This document shows, one piece after another, positions 1 to 9,822 of a stretch of 48,118 nt of DNA. Numbering within the stretch: position 1 is the first letter of the stretch; every line of letters starts with the position of its first letter. Below the pieces are notes generated by a model. It did not search any database, was not told where the DNA came from, and saw only the letters and a list, made by a program, of their open reading frames with translations. The DNA comes from Rhizomicrobium sp. GTDB taxonomy: Bacteria; Pseudomonadota; Alphaproteobacteria; Micropepsales; Micropepsaceae. Both the position numbers and the translations under genes were made by a program. The DNA lies in contig JBEKDC010000006.1 of the NCBI GenBank assembly GCA_050014535.1, positions 1-48,118 of the forward strand. Direction: 5' to 3'.

Positions 1-1614
1 CGCAGCGATCCGGGCCCCAATCCGCAGGGCTGCTATCATCCCAATCCCGACAAGCAGAAGACGGCGGCATGCGACGCGCGCAACCGCTATATTCTCCAGC
101 TTTCCCAGGCGGGGTTCCTGTCGTTCCCCGCACCCACCGCGCAAGAACTCGGCGCGCTCACCGACACCGTCTCCGCCAATAACGGCTTCAAGCTCGCGCG
201 CAATCCGGCCGACGAAAAGCTGATGGGCGAACTCCAGCGCCGCATCAAGCATGTGATCTATATCGTCAAGGAGAACCGCACCTACGATCAGGTGCTGGGC
301 GATCTGGACCGCGGCAATGGCGATCCGAGCCTCGCCCTGTTCGGCAAATCCGTGACGCCGAACGAACATGCGCTGGCGCGTGGGTTCGCGACGCTCGACA
401 ATTTCATGGATGCAGGCGAGGTGAGCGGCAATGGCTGGCCGTGGAGCACGGACGCGCGCGAAACCGATGTGGGGGTCAAGACGATCCCCATGCAATATGC
501 CGACCGCGGCATGAGCTACGACGTCGAAGGCACCAATCGCAATATCAATGTCGCGATTGCGACAACCGCCGAGCGGCGCGTGGCCGATCCGATTTCGCCG
601 GACGATCCCGATCTGTTGCCCGGCACCGGCGATGTGGCGGCTCCCGACTCGACTTCCGGCGATGTGGGCCGCGGTCATTTGTGGGATGCGGCGCTGGCAG
701 CTGGCCTTACGGTCAGGAACTACGGCTATTATTGCGATCTCGCGCGCTACGAGCTGAAGCATCCCAATTTCATTCCGCTCGATCGCGATCCGTTCAAATC
801 GAAGACGGTTGTCGCGTATTCTTCGGATGTGGCGCTCAAAGACGTCACCGATCCCTATTTCCGCAGCTTCGACGTCAAATATCCGGATTTCTGGCGCGAG
901 CGGGAATGGGCGCGGGAGTTTGCCGGCTACGTCGCGCACAAGAATCTGCCGAGCCTGTCGCTGGTGCGTTTCATGGAGGACCACACGGGCGATTTCGCGC
1001 ATGCGATCGACGGCGTGAACACGCCGGAGGCGCAGGTCGCCGACGACGACTACGCGCTGGGGCTACTGGTCGAGGCGGTGTCGAAAAGTCCCTATCGGGA
1101 TTCGACGCTCATCGTCGCCATCGAAGACGACGCGCAGGACGGCCCCGACCATGTCGATCCTCAGCGCAGCATCGCTTTTCTTGCGGGGCCTTATCTCAAG
1201 CACGGCGCGGTCGTGTCCACGCGTTACTCGACCGTCAACATCCTGCGCACCATCGAAGACGTGCTCGGCATCGAACCGTTGAGCCTCAACGACGCCTATC
1301 AACGGCCGATGAGCGACATTTTCGATTTGAAGCAGAAGACCTGGAGCTTCACAGCGACACCGTCGCCCGCGTTGCTAGCGACGCAACTTCCGATTCCGCG
1401 CAAGAAGGCGGATGGGGGTGCTCAGCACTTTGCCTTCGCCCACGATGCGCAATATTGGGCGGCGCGCACGCGCGGTTACGACTGGTCGCAGGAAGACAAG
1501 ATCGACGCCGCGAAATTCAACCGCGTGCTGTGGGTCGGGCTTGCGGGCACGAAGTCCTATCCGGTCTCGCGCGACGGCAAGGATTTGCGGAGCGCGCGTC
1601 CGAAGGGGGAGTGA
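1..1614 (+). CDS. Phosphoesterase / alkaline-phosphatase-superfamily protein (YncE-phosphoesterase type), 5'-truncated by window edge
   Basis: Frame is open from base 1 (RSDPGPNPQG...) into the track ORF. Motifs IKHVIYIVKENRTYDQVLGDL, EVSGNG, DHTG and EDDAQDGPDHVD are typical of this family. Confidence 0.85.
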   Translation, partial: RSDPGPNPQGCYHPNPDKQKTAACDARNRYILQLSQAGFLSFPAPTAQELGALTDTVSANNGFKLARNPADEKLMGELQRRIKHVIYIVKENRTYDQVLGDLDRGNGDPSLALFGKSVTPNEHALARGFATLDNFMDAGEVSGNGWPWSTDARETDVGVKTIPMQYADRGMSYDVEGTNRNINVAIATTAERRVADPISPDDPDLLPGTGDVAAPDSTSGDVGRGHLWDAALAAGLTVRNYGYYCDLARYELKHPNFIPLDRDPFKSKTVVAYSSDVALKDVTDPYFRSFDVKYPDFWREREWAREFAGYVAHKNLPSLSLVRFMEDHTGDFAHAIDGVNTPEAQVADDDYALGLLVEAVSKSPYRDSTLIVAIEDDAQDGPDHVDPQRSIAFLAGPYLKHGAVVSTRYSTVNILRTIEDVLGIEPLSLNDAYQRPMSDIFDLKQKTWSFTATPSPALLATQLPIPRKKADGGAQHFAFAHDAQYWAARTRGYDWSQEDKIDAAKFNRVLWVGLAGTKSYPVSRDGKDLRSARPKGE

Positions 1615-1623
1615 GACTAGCCG

Positions 1624-3495
1624 CTACGCCACCAGTTCGTCGCGTGCTTCGGCGGGTGGTTGTTTGCGCACCGCGATCGCGACGATGCGCTCGACCGCTT
1701 CGCGCAAGCTCGTGACCACCACGTCGCATTCGGTCGCTTCGATCGCGTCGAGATAGCGCGAATCGTCATGGGTGAAGCCCCAGAAGCCGAGCATGGGTTG
1801 CATCGCCGCAAACCGCTTGCGCAACCGGCGCACGAGATAGCGCGCATTGGTGTAGTTGGCGGGCTCGAGATAGGACACGCAGACGATCTTGAAGCCGGCA
1901 TCCTCGAGATGATGGATGTTCGACGGCATCGCATCGGCATTCGAGACGACGCGGCCGCCCAATCCCTGCCGCCGCAGTAGGTCGACCAGCAACAGGCCGG
2001 CCCATTCGTCGAAATCGCTGTGACCGGCCACGCAGAGTATCGGCTCGCTCTTCCAATCTTCGGGAAGCTCAAGCATCGCCGCTTCGGCCGCGATCAGATG
2101 CGCGCCATGTTCCGACAGATTGTGCAATAACCCCTGCAGCGTTTCGCGTACGCGATGGCGGCGCTCCGAATCGAGCGCGCCGCGCTGGATGTCGTGCTGC
2201 GCCAGAGTGAGCGCCTTCAGAACCACTTCGTCGTAATAGGCCGCGAGCGGCTTTTCCTTCAGATAGACCTCGGCATGGTTCGCCGCTTCGTCGGGATCGC
2301 CCTGCAGGAGACGCAGGTAAAGACTTTCCTCATGGCCCAGCGCGGGCTTGTCGCCCAGAAGCACGTCGAGAAAGCGCAAATGTTCGACGTGGCGGCCCAC
2401 GACCACGAGACACATCGTGAGCGGCGTCGAGAGCAGAAGCCCCACGGGACCCCAAACCCACGTCCAGAACGTTGCGGCGACAAGAATTGCGGTGGCGGAT
2501 AGACCCGTACTGCGGCCGTAAAGCACCGGCTCGACCGCCTGCCCCGTGAGCGACTCCACGACGGCGTAGAGTCCGGCCGTCATCGCCACTTTTCCCCAAC
2601 CGGGATCGATGGCCACGGCGAGCGCGACGGGCAGGACCGCCGCGAGAGGCACGCCGATATAGGGCACGAAGCGAAACATCGTCGCGATCAGCCCCCAGAG
2701 GCCCGCATTCGGAATCCCGATTAGCCAGAGGCCCGTACCGATGATGATGCCGAAGCACGTGTTGATGGCGGTCTGTATCAGCAGATAGCGGCTCAACCTG
2801 TTGGCCGCATCGTCGAGTGCGATGGTGGTGCGCCTCAGATCGTGCGCGCCGGCAAGCCGAATGAAGCGGTCGCGCAGATCTTCCTTCTGCAGCAGAATGA
2901 AGATGACGAAAATGATGACGATGGTAGCGGTCGCGAGCGGCGCAAGCAGCGGTCCCGCGATGGCCTGGACGATATGCAGCGGACCGCCGTCGTCCTGCTT
3001 GATCTCGACCAGGGTCGGCTTTTCGGCGGCCTGCGTTGCCGTGTTCGCGGTTTCGACTGCCCCGGTGAATTCGTTGTCGAGCTGATCGAGCATGGCGGAG
3101 GCGCGCGCGATCAGTCCGTTGCCGTGCGCAGCACCTCGGATCGAGTCGATCTTGTGCGAGAGATTCGTCTGATAGCGCGGCAGGTCTCCCGCCAGATGCG
3201 CGAATTCGCTGCCGATATAGGCGCCCAGCGCGCCGATGATCAGAAACGCGAACAGCACGGTCAGAAGGACGGACGGCACGTGTCCCAAGTGCAGCCTGCG
3301 CAGGCGCTCGGCGACGGGTGCGAGTGCAAAGGCGAGCAGCACTGCAAGGGCCGCCGGCATCAGGATCGGCTGGCCGAGATAGATCGCAGCCACAATGATG
3401 GCGGCCAGGGCCGCGCCATAGAACGCGCTCTGCAGTTCCGGCCGAGACGGCGTCTCGGAGGAATGCGGCGCAGAATGGTGAACCTTGTGTTCCAT
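1624..3495 (-). CDS. AI-2E family transporter with C-terminal cytoplasmic domain
   Basis: Multiple TM helices; motifs EDLRDRFIRLAG, FRFVPYIG, EPVLYGRSTGLS and WTWVWGPVGLLLSTPLTMCLVVVGRHV. ATG at 3495 chosen as start. Confidence 0.9.
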   Translation of the reverse strand: MEHKVHHSAPHSSETPSRPELQSAFYGAALAAIIVAAIYLGQPILMPAALAVLLAFALAPVAERLRRLHLGHVPSVLLTVLFAFLIIGALGAYIGSEFAHLAGDLPRYQTNLSHKIDSIRGAAHGNGLIARASAMLDQLDNEFTGAVETANTATQAAEKPTLVEIKQDDGGPLHIVQAIAGPLLAPLATATIVIIFVIFILLQKEDLRDRFIRLAGAHDLRRTTIALDDAANRLSRYLLIQTAINTCFGIIIGTGLWLIGIPNAGLWGLIATMFRFVPYIGVPLAAVLPVALAVAIDPGWGKVAMTAGLYAVVESLTGQAVEPVLYGRSTGLSATAILVAATFWTWVWGPVGLLLSTPLTMCLVVVGRHVEHLRFLDVLLGDKPALGHEESLYLRLLQGDPDEAANHAEVYLKEKPLAAYYDEVVLKALTLAQHDIQRGALDSERRHRVRETLQGLLHNLSEHGAHLIAAEAAMLELPEDWKSEPILCVAGHSDFDEWAGLLLVDLLRRQGLGGRVVSNADAMPSNIHHLEDAGFKIVCVSYLEPANYTNARYLVRRLRKRFAAMQPMLGFWGFTHDDSRYLDAIEATECDVVVTSLREAVERIVAIAVRKQPPAEARDELVA

Positions 3496-3555
3496 AACCA
3501 ATCCGGACTTAGGCAACGCGAGCCCACACGGTCCGTTCGACCGCGTTCGACGTCC

Positions 3556-4512
3556 TCAATCCGCGGTCGGACCGAGGTCGGCGGGGCTGATGGCGTGAAC
3601 CGTACCACAGAATTCGCATCGGGCACGGATGATGCCGTCGGGGTCGGCCAGGCCGTCGCGCTCGGCCGGCGAATAGGATCTGAGCACGGAGGCGATCCGC
3701 GTGGGCTCGCAGCTGCACCGGAAAACCAGCTTCTCCACCGCTTGCACCCGGACATCGTCTTCGTGAAATAGCCGCCACAACAAGGTTTCGGCCGGCAGGC
3801 CGATATCGACAAGTTCGAGATCTTCGACGGTCTCAAGAAAGGTCGAAAGCCGCTCCCAATCGTCCTCTTCGACCCGGCCGTCCGGGGTCGCCTGCAGCAT
3901 CACCCCGCCGGCGCGCCAATGGGGGCCGCGCTTGCCCGCTTCATAGAGAGGCGCGGCCGCAAGCCGGATGGCAGTGGGCAATTGCTCCGACTGGGCGAAA
4001 TAGGCTTCGGCCGAGGCCGCGATCCCGGCCGGTTCCAACGAGACGATGCCCTGGTAGTTCTGTCCTTCGCGCCGCGGCTCGATGGTGATGCCGACGATCC
4101 CCGCGCCGGCCAGGCGTTCGAAGGAAGGCGCCGGGTCGTCGAGAGCGGCGAACCGCGCCTCGTCGATTCGCGCGAAGCCGCGCACTCCCGCGGGCTGCCC
4201 GTCATCCGCTCCGTAATAATCGGCAGTGACGAGATCGAGCGGGCCGTCGCTTTTGGTCTGCACCGTGAGCCGCCCGTCGAGCTTGAGTGCGGAGCCCAGC
4301 AGCGCGGACAGCACGAAGGTCTCGGCAGCCACGCGCGCCGCCGCTTCGGGCAGCACATGGGCCTCGAGCGCGCGCGCCGACACGTCGTCGAGCCGCACGA
4401 AGCGACCACGCAATCGCGCGTTCGGCAGGTCGAATGGCAGGATGAAATCGGCTGCCGGCGCTCGTGTATAGCCTGCGGGCTTCCCCGTCACGCCAATCTG
4501 TTTCCCCGTCAA
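3556..4512 (-). CDS. hslO: Hsp33 redox-regulated chaperone
   Basis: YQGIVSL and [10 protein letters not shown] motifs; C-terminal zinc motif CSC...CEFC; follows argF with overlapping stop/start. Confidence 0.93.
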   Translation of the reverse strand: MTGKQIGVTGKPAGYTRAPAADFILPFDLPNARLRGRFVRLDDVSARALEAHVLPEAAARVAAETFVLSALLGSALKLDGRLTVQTKSDGPLDLVTADYYGADDGQPAGVRGFARIDEARFAALDDPAPSFERLAGAGIVGITIEPRREGQNYQGIVSLEPAGIAASAEAYFAQSEQLPTAIRLAAAPLYEAGKRGPHWRAGGVMLQATPDGRVEEDDWERLSTFLETVEDLELVDIGLPAETLLWRLFHEDDVRVQAVEKLVFRCSCEPTRIASVLRSYSPAERDGLADPDGIIRARCEFCGTVHAISPADLGPTAD

Positions 4513-5456
4513 CTAAGGCACCAGGTGAGGATCGCCTTCTGTGCGTGCAGGCGATTCTCCGCTTCGTCGAACACGGCGGATTGCGGCCCGTCGATCACGT
4601 CGTCGGTGACTTCCTGGCCGCGATGCGCGGGCAGGCAGTGCATGAAAATCGCATCCTTCGCCGCGCGCGCCATGAGCGCCGCATTCGCCTGATAGGGCCT
4701 CAACAGATTGTGGCGCTTGACGGCGTCTTCGTCGCCCATAGAAACCCAGGTATCGGCGATCACGCATTCCGCGCCGGCCACGGCCTTGTTGGGATCTTCG
4801 CCGAATTCGACCGCGGCCCCTGCGCCCATCGCCCATTCGCGCACGCTTTCCGGCGACGCGAGTTCCCTGGGTGTTGCGATCTTTAGTTTGAATCCGAGTC
4901 GCGCGGCGGCGTGAATCCACGAGGTCAAAACATTGTTCGAAGCTCCCACCCACGCGATGGTGCGGCCGCGAATGGGTCCGCGCTTTTCTTCGAACGTCAT
5001 CACGTCGGCCATCACCTGGCAGGGATGCGAAAGTTTTGTGAGCCCATTGATGACGGGGACGGTCGCGTTGTTCGCGAGGTCGCGCACCATCTCGTGATCG
5101 AGCAGGCGGATCATCACCGCGTCAACATAGCGCGAGATCACGCGGGCGGTGTCCGCAATCGTTTCCTCGCGCGCGAGCTGCATCTCCGAAGACGTCAGCA
5201 TGATTGTCGTGCCGCCCAGCTGGCGCATTCCGACGTCGAACGATATCCGCGTGCGGGTAGAATGCTTGTCGAAGATGAGCGCGAGCACGCGACCCGCCAG
5301 CGGTGCGTCCGCATCGAGCGCGCCATGCGGCAAACCCGCGCGCGCAGCCTTGCGCTGGCGAGCTTCGGCGATCATCCCCTGCAAGGTGCCGGAATCCAGA
5401 TCGGCGAGATCGATGAAATGCCGCGGCCTTTCGACTGGTTTGACGGGCGCGTTCAT
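4509..5456 (-). CDS. argF: Ornithine carbamoyltransferase
   Basis: [25 protein letters not shown] and FDEAENRLH motifs. ATG at 5456 overlaps the argD stop (ATGA); the upstream part of the track ORF is spurious. Confidence 0.96.
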   Translation of the reverse strand: MNAPVKPVERPRHFIDLADLDSGTLQGMIAEARQRKAARAGLPHGALDADAPLAGRVLALIFDKHSTRTRISFDVGMRQLGGTTIMLTSSEMQLAREETIADTARVISRYVDAVMIRLLDHEMVRDLANNATVPVINGLTKLSHPCQVMADVMTFEEKRGPIRGRTIAWVGASNNVLTSWIHAAARLGFKLKIATPRELASPESVREWAMGAGAAVEFGEDPNKAVAGAECVIADTWVSMGDEDAVKRHNLLRPYQANAALMARAAKDAIFMHCLPAHRGQEVTDDVIDGPQSAVFDEAENRLHAQKAILTWCLS

Positions 5457-6646
5457 GCCGCCACCTCGGCCTTGGCGGAATCGAATTCCGCCGCGGTTTC
5501 GGACAGCAGCCGCAGAGCCTCGCGCACATGTTCTTCTTCGACGATCAGCGGCGGCAGCAGGCGCATGACGTTGTCGCCCGCGGGGATCGCGAGCATGCCG
5601 TGCGCGCGCAGGCGCGTGATGAAATCGCCGGCCGGCACTTTCATCTTGAGGCCGAGCATCAGCCCCTGCCCGCGCAATTCCTCGAACACGTCCGGATGTT
5701 CCGCGATCAAGCCCGCAAGCTGCTGGCGGAAATAATTGGCGATCTTCTCGACATGCTCGAGAAAGCCCGGCGCCAACACGACATCGAGCACGGCATTGCC
5801 CACCGCCATGCCGAGCGGATTGCCGCCGAAGGTCGAGCCATGCGTGCCGGCCGTCATGCCCTTCGCCGCTTCGGCGGTGGCGAGACACACGCCCATCGGA
5901 AAGCCGCCGCCGATCCCTTTGGCGACCGCCATGATGTCGGGTGTGACGCCCGCCCATTCATGCGCGAAGAATTTTCCCGTACGCCCGACGCCGGATTGAA
6001 TCTCGTCGAAGATCAGCAACATGCCTCGCTCGTCGCAGAGGCGGCGCAAGCTCCGCAGGAATTCGCGATCCGCGACGCGGATGCCGCCTTCTCCCTGGAT
6101 CGGCTCGATCAGCAAGGCCGCGGTCGCGGGCGTGATGGCCGCTTCCAGCGCTGGAAGATCGTTCAGTGGAACCTGATGGAAGCCCTGAACTTTAGGCCCG
6201 AAACCTTCGAGATATTTCGCCTGCCCGCCCGCGGCGATGGCCGCGAGCGTGCGCCCATGGAACGCGCCTTCGAACGTGATGATCTGGAAGCGCTCCGGCT
6301 CGCCGTTCACGTAGTGATAGCGGCGGGCCATCTTGATCGCGCATTCGATCGCCTCGGCGCCGGAATTTCCGAAAAAAGCAGTGTCGGCAAAGGTGGAGTC
6401 GACCAGCCGCTTCGACAGCGTCTCCTGCCCCGCCACGCGGTAATAGTTGGACGTGTGCCACAGGCGTTGCGCTTGCTCGGTCAGCGCCGCGACAAGTTTC
6501 GGATGCGCATGGCCCAGCGCATTGACAGCCACTCCCGCCCCGAAATCGAGATACCGCGAGCCGTCCTCGGCGAAGATATAGGGTCCTTCGCCCCGGACGA
6601 ATGCGACATCCGCCCGATTGTAGGTTGGCAGCAGCGACGGGAACAC
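5453..6646 (-). CDS. argD: Acetylornithine aminotransferase
   Basis: Class III aminotransferase motifs [37 protein letters not shown] and [10 protein letters not shown]; operon with argF. Confidence 0.95.
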   Translation of the reverse strand: MFPSLLPTYNRADVAFVRGEGPYIFAEDGSRYLDFGAGVAVNALGHAHPKLVAALTEQAQRLWHTSNYYRVAGQETLSKRLVDSTFADTAFFGNSGAEAIECAIKMARRYHYVNGEPERFQIITFEGAFHGRTLAAIAAGGQAKYLEGFGPKVQGFHQVPLNDLPALEAAITPATAALLIEPIQGEGGIRVADREFLRSLRRLCDERGMLLIFDEIQSGVGRTGKFFAHEWAGVTPDIMAVAKGIGGGFPMGVCLATAEAAKGMTAGTHGSTFGGNPLGMAVGNAVLDVVLAPGFLEHVEKIANYFRQQLAGLIAEHPDVFEELRGQGLMLGLKMKVPAGDFITRLRAHGMLAIPAGDNVMRLLPPLIVEEEHVREALRLLSETAAEFDSAKAEVAA

Positions 6647-6750
6647 GGCGGTCCTCCAACGGCAAAAACCGCTGGGCGCCCGATGCGACCGCGGGCGGGC
6701 TTTATCTGCCGGGAGGCCTTAAGGGTCAAGGAACGCTTCGACAAGATGCG

Positions 6751-6782
6751 CGAAAGCCCCGGCTTTGGGGCCGGGGCTTTCG
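6751..6782 (-). terminator. Intrinsic terminator-like hairpin downstream of 6804..7322
   Basis: Perfect 13-bp inverted repeat CGAAAGCCCCGGC-tttggg-GCCGGGGCTTTCG, 21 bp past the stop codon. Confidence 0.75.
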
Positions 6783-6803
6783 ACAGTCTGGTCTGCGCCG
6801 ATG

Positions 6804-7322
6804 CTATTGCTGCGCGGGAGCTTGAAGATGGACCATTGTACCGGCAGGTAAGGCCGGTGTGCTGGGCCCGGTACCGCCCAAGGTCGCCGAATAGGCCTGC
6901 TTGGGGGACTCGCAGAAATCGGCCTTGGTAGGCGGCGTGTTACCCGGATCCAGGTCGGGAGTCCGCGTCGTGATCGATCCTGACACCGTGGACCCGGAAA
7001 ACTTCAGATCTGCGGTGATGTAGAAATAGGGATCCGCGGCGACCATGTTGGCTTTATGGGCCGAGATGACAGCGTCCGTCCCAAAGCCCCATCCGGAATA
7101 AAGGGTCGGCATGGTGCCACCTTTGCATGGAGCCTGAAAACCAATGCTGGCGCCGGTCACGGCGAGGTCGTTGTCGCTGTCGGTGCCGACTGTGAAGCTG
7201 ACGGTCTGTCCGTCGGCCGAAGTCCCGGTATAGGTGCCGGCCTGTTGCGCCCATCCCGCCGTACTGACAGCCATTGCGCATAAGACTGAAAACGCGAGCG
7301 TCGGGTTGCGAAAGTTGGTCAT
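6804..7322 (-). CDS. Secreted hypothetical beta-rich protein (paralog of 25572..26087)
   Basis: Signal peptide ending AGWA, two Cys, GAGG RBS; clear similarity to the second copy. Confidence 0.8.
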   Translation of the reverse strand: MTNFRNPTLAFSVLCAMAVSTAGWAQQAGTYTGTSADGQTVSFTVGTDSDNDLAVTGASIGFQAPCKGGTMPTLYSGWGFGTDAVISAHKANMVAADPYFYITADLKFSGSTVSGSITTRTPDLDPGNTPPTKADFCESPKQAYSATLGGTGPSTPALPAGTMVHLQAPAQQ

Positions 7323-7536
7323 TTCTTACCTCTTCTGAGTTCGATGGGGGCCCATCCATTCCGCACAGCCTAGCGACACAGGTGCCCTCTGAACAGGAAG
7401 CGCAGACGTTTTGGTGTGACCGTTGTCGGTCGATCCGCCGCCGCGCCTGGAAATCCGAAATCCGCTCTTGTCCAAACCCCAGTTCACAAACAGCGCAATT
7501 TTGAGGCTTTCCGGCACGACGCCGCCGGCAAACGGC

Positions 7537-7734
7537 CTATCCGTGAGGTTTCTCGGCCTTCTTCAGCCTTACGCTTGGGCTCCGGACCGTTTGCAGGCAT
7601 TCCGCATACAGATCGAGAAACCAGTCTCTCTTCGCATTGGCCGGCTGGTCGTATTTGGCCAGTTCGTGAAACAGCTTAAAGGCAACTTCTTCGGGCGAAT
7701 TTTCGCCCACGTGCGCAACGGGTTGGTCTGCCAT
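7537..7734 (-). CDS. Small hypothetical protein (GENSPEEVAFKL...LDLYAECL type)
   Basis: 65 aa with AAAGGA RBS upstream; resembles a recurring small alphaproteobacterial hypothetical. Confidence 0.65.
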   Translation of the reverse strand: MADQPVAHVGENSPEEVAFKLFHELAKYDQPANAKRDWFLDLYAECLQTVRSPSVRLKKAEKPHG

Positions 7735-7946
7735 GCCTGGGTCCTTTCAAGATGTTGTTTGCGGGATCTTGGCATTCGATCTTGACCGTCGAATCGGTGT
7801 CGCCGCAAGCCTAAAGCTTCAGAAAGATGAGCGCTAAGCGCGATGGGCCGCCCGCCGCTGGAAACGCTCGGAGGCGCGCGCTTTCAGATACCGCATGCAA
7901 TCGTCTTATTCTTGAGGCAGCCATAGGTTTTCGCATTTTTACCTCC

Positions 7947-8027
7947 GATTCGGTTTCTGTGGACAAGGGCTGGTAACGCACCCTCAGGCCTTGTGCGCGT
8001 TCTTCTCCTTGATACGATATATTGTAC
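7947..8027 (+). promoter_or_regulatory. gcrA upstream regulatory region: GANTC site, DnaA-box-like 9-mer, AT-rich palindrome
   Basis: GATTC at 7947-7951; TGTGGACAA at 7958-7966 (1 mismatch to TGTGGATAA); near-palindrome ATACGATATATTGTAC at 8012-8027; AGGAGG RBS follows. Confidence 0.5.
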
Positions 8028-8044
8028 CCAAGGAGGACACCTTC

Positions 8045-8488
8045 ATGTGGACGGACGAAAGGGTCGAGCAACTCAAATCGCTTTGGACCGAAGGCCTGTC
8101 GGCCAGCCAGATCGCACGCGTGCTGGGCGGCGTCACCCGCAATGCCGTAATCGGCAAGGTTCACCGCCTGGGTCTGGCCGGCCGCGCGAGCCCATCCCGC
8201 AGCGAACGTCCGCGCCTGCCGCTGACGCCGAAGGTGTCCATGCGGGTGCATGCGCCGGAGCCCCCCGTGGTGGAAGAGGATCCCGTGATCCTCGACGACG
8301 GCAATTTCGCCACCGTTCTCACCATCAACGACCGCATGTGCCGCTGGCCGATCGGCGATCCCGCCGAAAACGAATTCCATTTCTGCGGTAGGAAGCCCAA
8401 AAACGGTTCGCCCTATTGCGAAGCGCATGCGCGCAAGGCGTATCAGCCGCAACAGCTGCGGCGCGACCGGGGCCGCATGCACGGGTGA
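8045..8488 (+). CDS. gcrA: GcrA cell-cycle regulator
   Basis: MWTDERVEQLKSLWTEGLSASQIARVLGGVTRNAVIGKVHRLGL N-terminus; CRWPIGDP...FCG...YCEAH zinc domain; AGGAGG RBS. Confidence 0.97.
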   Translation: MWTDERVEQLKSLWTEGLSASQIARVLGGVTRNAVIGKVHRLGLAGRASPSRSERPRLPLTPKVSMRVHAPEPPVVEEDPVILDDGNFATVLTINDRMCRWPIGDPAENEFHFCGRKPKNGSPYCEAHARKAYQPQQLRRDRGRMHG

Positions 8489-8527
8489 GGACAATCGGGT
8501 TCGCGCTCGAAGCGGGAGTGTAAAGCG

Positions 8528-9007
8528 ATGAGCGCGATCTTCGATTATTCGGCGAAGACCCTGGACGGCCGGGAGGTTTCGCTCGCGGACTACCGCGGAC
8601 AGGTTCTGCTGATCGTCAACACCGCGAGCAAATGCGGATTCACGCCGCAATATGACGGGCTGGAAACGCTTTTCAAGACGCTGCATCCGCAGGGCCTGCT
8701 GGTGATGGGTTTCCCGTGCAACCAGTTCGGCCGGCAGGAACCGGGGAGCGAAAGCGAGATCGGCAGTTTCTGCGCCAGCAATTACGGCGTAAGCTTTCCG
8801 ATGTTTGCGAAGATCAACGTGAACGGCGACACGGCCCATCCGCTGTGGCGCCACCTCAAGCGCGAGAAGAAAGGCATTTTCGGCACCGGTACGATCAAGT
8901 GGAATTTCACGAAATTCCTCGTCGACCGCGCGGGCACAGTCGTCGCGCGCTACGCGCCGCTGACCAAGCCGGAGAAGATCGCCGCGCCGATCCTGAAGCT
9001 GCTGTAG
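8528..9007 (+). CDS. Glutathione peroxidase (Cys-type, BtuE/Gpx family)
   Basis: VNTASKCGFTPQY, GFPCNQFG and KWNFTKFL motifs. Confidence 0.95.
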   Translation: MSAIFDYSAKTLDGREVSLADYRGQVLLIVNTASKCGFTPQYDGLETLFKTLHPQGLLVMGFPCNQFGRQEPGSESEIGSFCASNYGVSFPMFAKINVNGDTAHPLWRHLKREKKGIFGTGTIKWNFTKFLVDRAGTVVARYAPLTKPEKIAAPILKLL

Positions 9008-9114
9008 CGGCCGAACGGACGCGGCGAGGAGAAGTCATCGACGCGCCGCTTGAGCCGGTGCGTGCGCGAGGATGAATGAGCGAGGTGTCGCCGGCTCGAA
9101 TTCATACAATCCGC

Positions 9115-9146
9115 TTGCACCTCAAACCTATATCATTTATGGTATA
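9115..9146 (+). promoter_or_regulatory. sigma70-type promoter with overlapping palindromic operator for the TA operon
   Basis: TTGCAC (9115-9120), 17 nt, TATGGT (9138-9143); near-palindrome TATATCATTTATGGTATA (9129-9146) covers the -10. Confidence 0.65.
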
Positions 9147-9160
9147 AACGCGGAGGGCGA

Positions 9161-9484
9161 ATAAGCTGGTCGGTTCTATTCGCGAATTCGATCGCTCAGT
9201 CCGAGCTCGATGCGTTGCCGGCCGATATGCGAGCCAAGTTCGAACGGATTGTGGCGTTGATCCGGGATCACGGATTGGAAATGGTGCGCGAGCCCTATGT
9301 CAAACATCTCGAGAGCAAACTCCGGGAGATGCGGCTTACGGTGCGAAATGGCATTGCGCGCTCGATTTACACGACTGCCTCCGGGCGTCGGGTCGTGATT
9401 TTGCGCACATTTGTCAAGAAAACCGAAAAGACGCCGAAACGAGAATTGGAATTGGCGCGGGAGCGCGCAAAGGAGGTTTTATGA
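9161..9484 (+). CDS. RelE/ParE-superfamily (Gp49/HigB-like) toxin with non-canonical ATA start; possibly decaying
   Basis: EPYVKHL...EMRL...GIAR...FVKKTEKTP motifs. The frame extends upstream to ATA-AGC-TGG (I/M-S-W) just behind a GGAGG RBS. Confidence 0.8.
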   Translation: MSWSVLFANSIAQSELDALPADMRAKFERIVALIRDHGLEMVREPYVKHLESKLREMRLTVRNGIARSIYTTASGRRVVILRTFVKKTEKTPKRELELARERAKEVL

Positions 9485-9780
9485 GTCGCAAACCGATCCC
9501 GGTCGAAAAGAGTTTCGTCAAATGGCGAAAGAACCCGGCCTATCGCGCGGCCTACGCGGCATTGGACGATGAGTTCACACTGGCAGCCGAATTGATCAAG
9601 GCGCGCACAAGCGCGGATATTTCGCAGGAAGAAATCGCCAGACGCATGCGCACATCGCAACCGGCCGTCGCGCGCCTGGAGGGCGGCCAGGGCAATCCTT
9701 CCGTCAACACGCTTCGCCGATATGCCCGCGCGACCGGAACGCGCTTGAAGATCACGTTCGAGGCCAAAGGTGCACATTGA
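9481..9780 (+). CDS. XRE-family HTH antitoxin (HigA-like)
   Basis: ISQEEIARRMRTSQPAVARLEGG..NPSVNTLRRYARATG HTH; ATGA overlap with the toxin. Confidence 0.9.
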   Translation: MSRKPIPVEKSFVKWRKNPAYRAAYAALDDEFTLAAELIKARTSADISQEEIARRMRTSQPAVARLEGGQGNPSVNTLRRYARATGTRLKITFEAKGAH

Positions 9781-9782
9781 AT

Positions 9783-9804
9783 TGGCGGTCCCAACGCGAT
9801 TTAA
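9783..9804 (-). other. tRNA 3'-end-like fragment (possible att scar)
   Basis: Minus strand reads TTAAATCGCGTTGGGACCGCCA, resembling a T-arm, acceptor 3' strand and CCA of tRNA-Glu type; no 5' half present. Confidence 0.4.
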
Positions 9805-9822
9805 TTCGGCTATACATCGGAG

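Noticed and set aside
5457-5957. N-terminal 167 aa of the 482-aa track ORF 4509..5957
   Set aside because: Out-of-frame overlap with argD; real argF starts at 5456 via ATGA coupling.
7811-8854. 347-aa minus-strand ORF
   Set aside because: Antisense shadow of gcrA and glutathione peroxidase.
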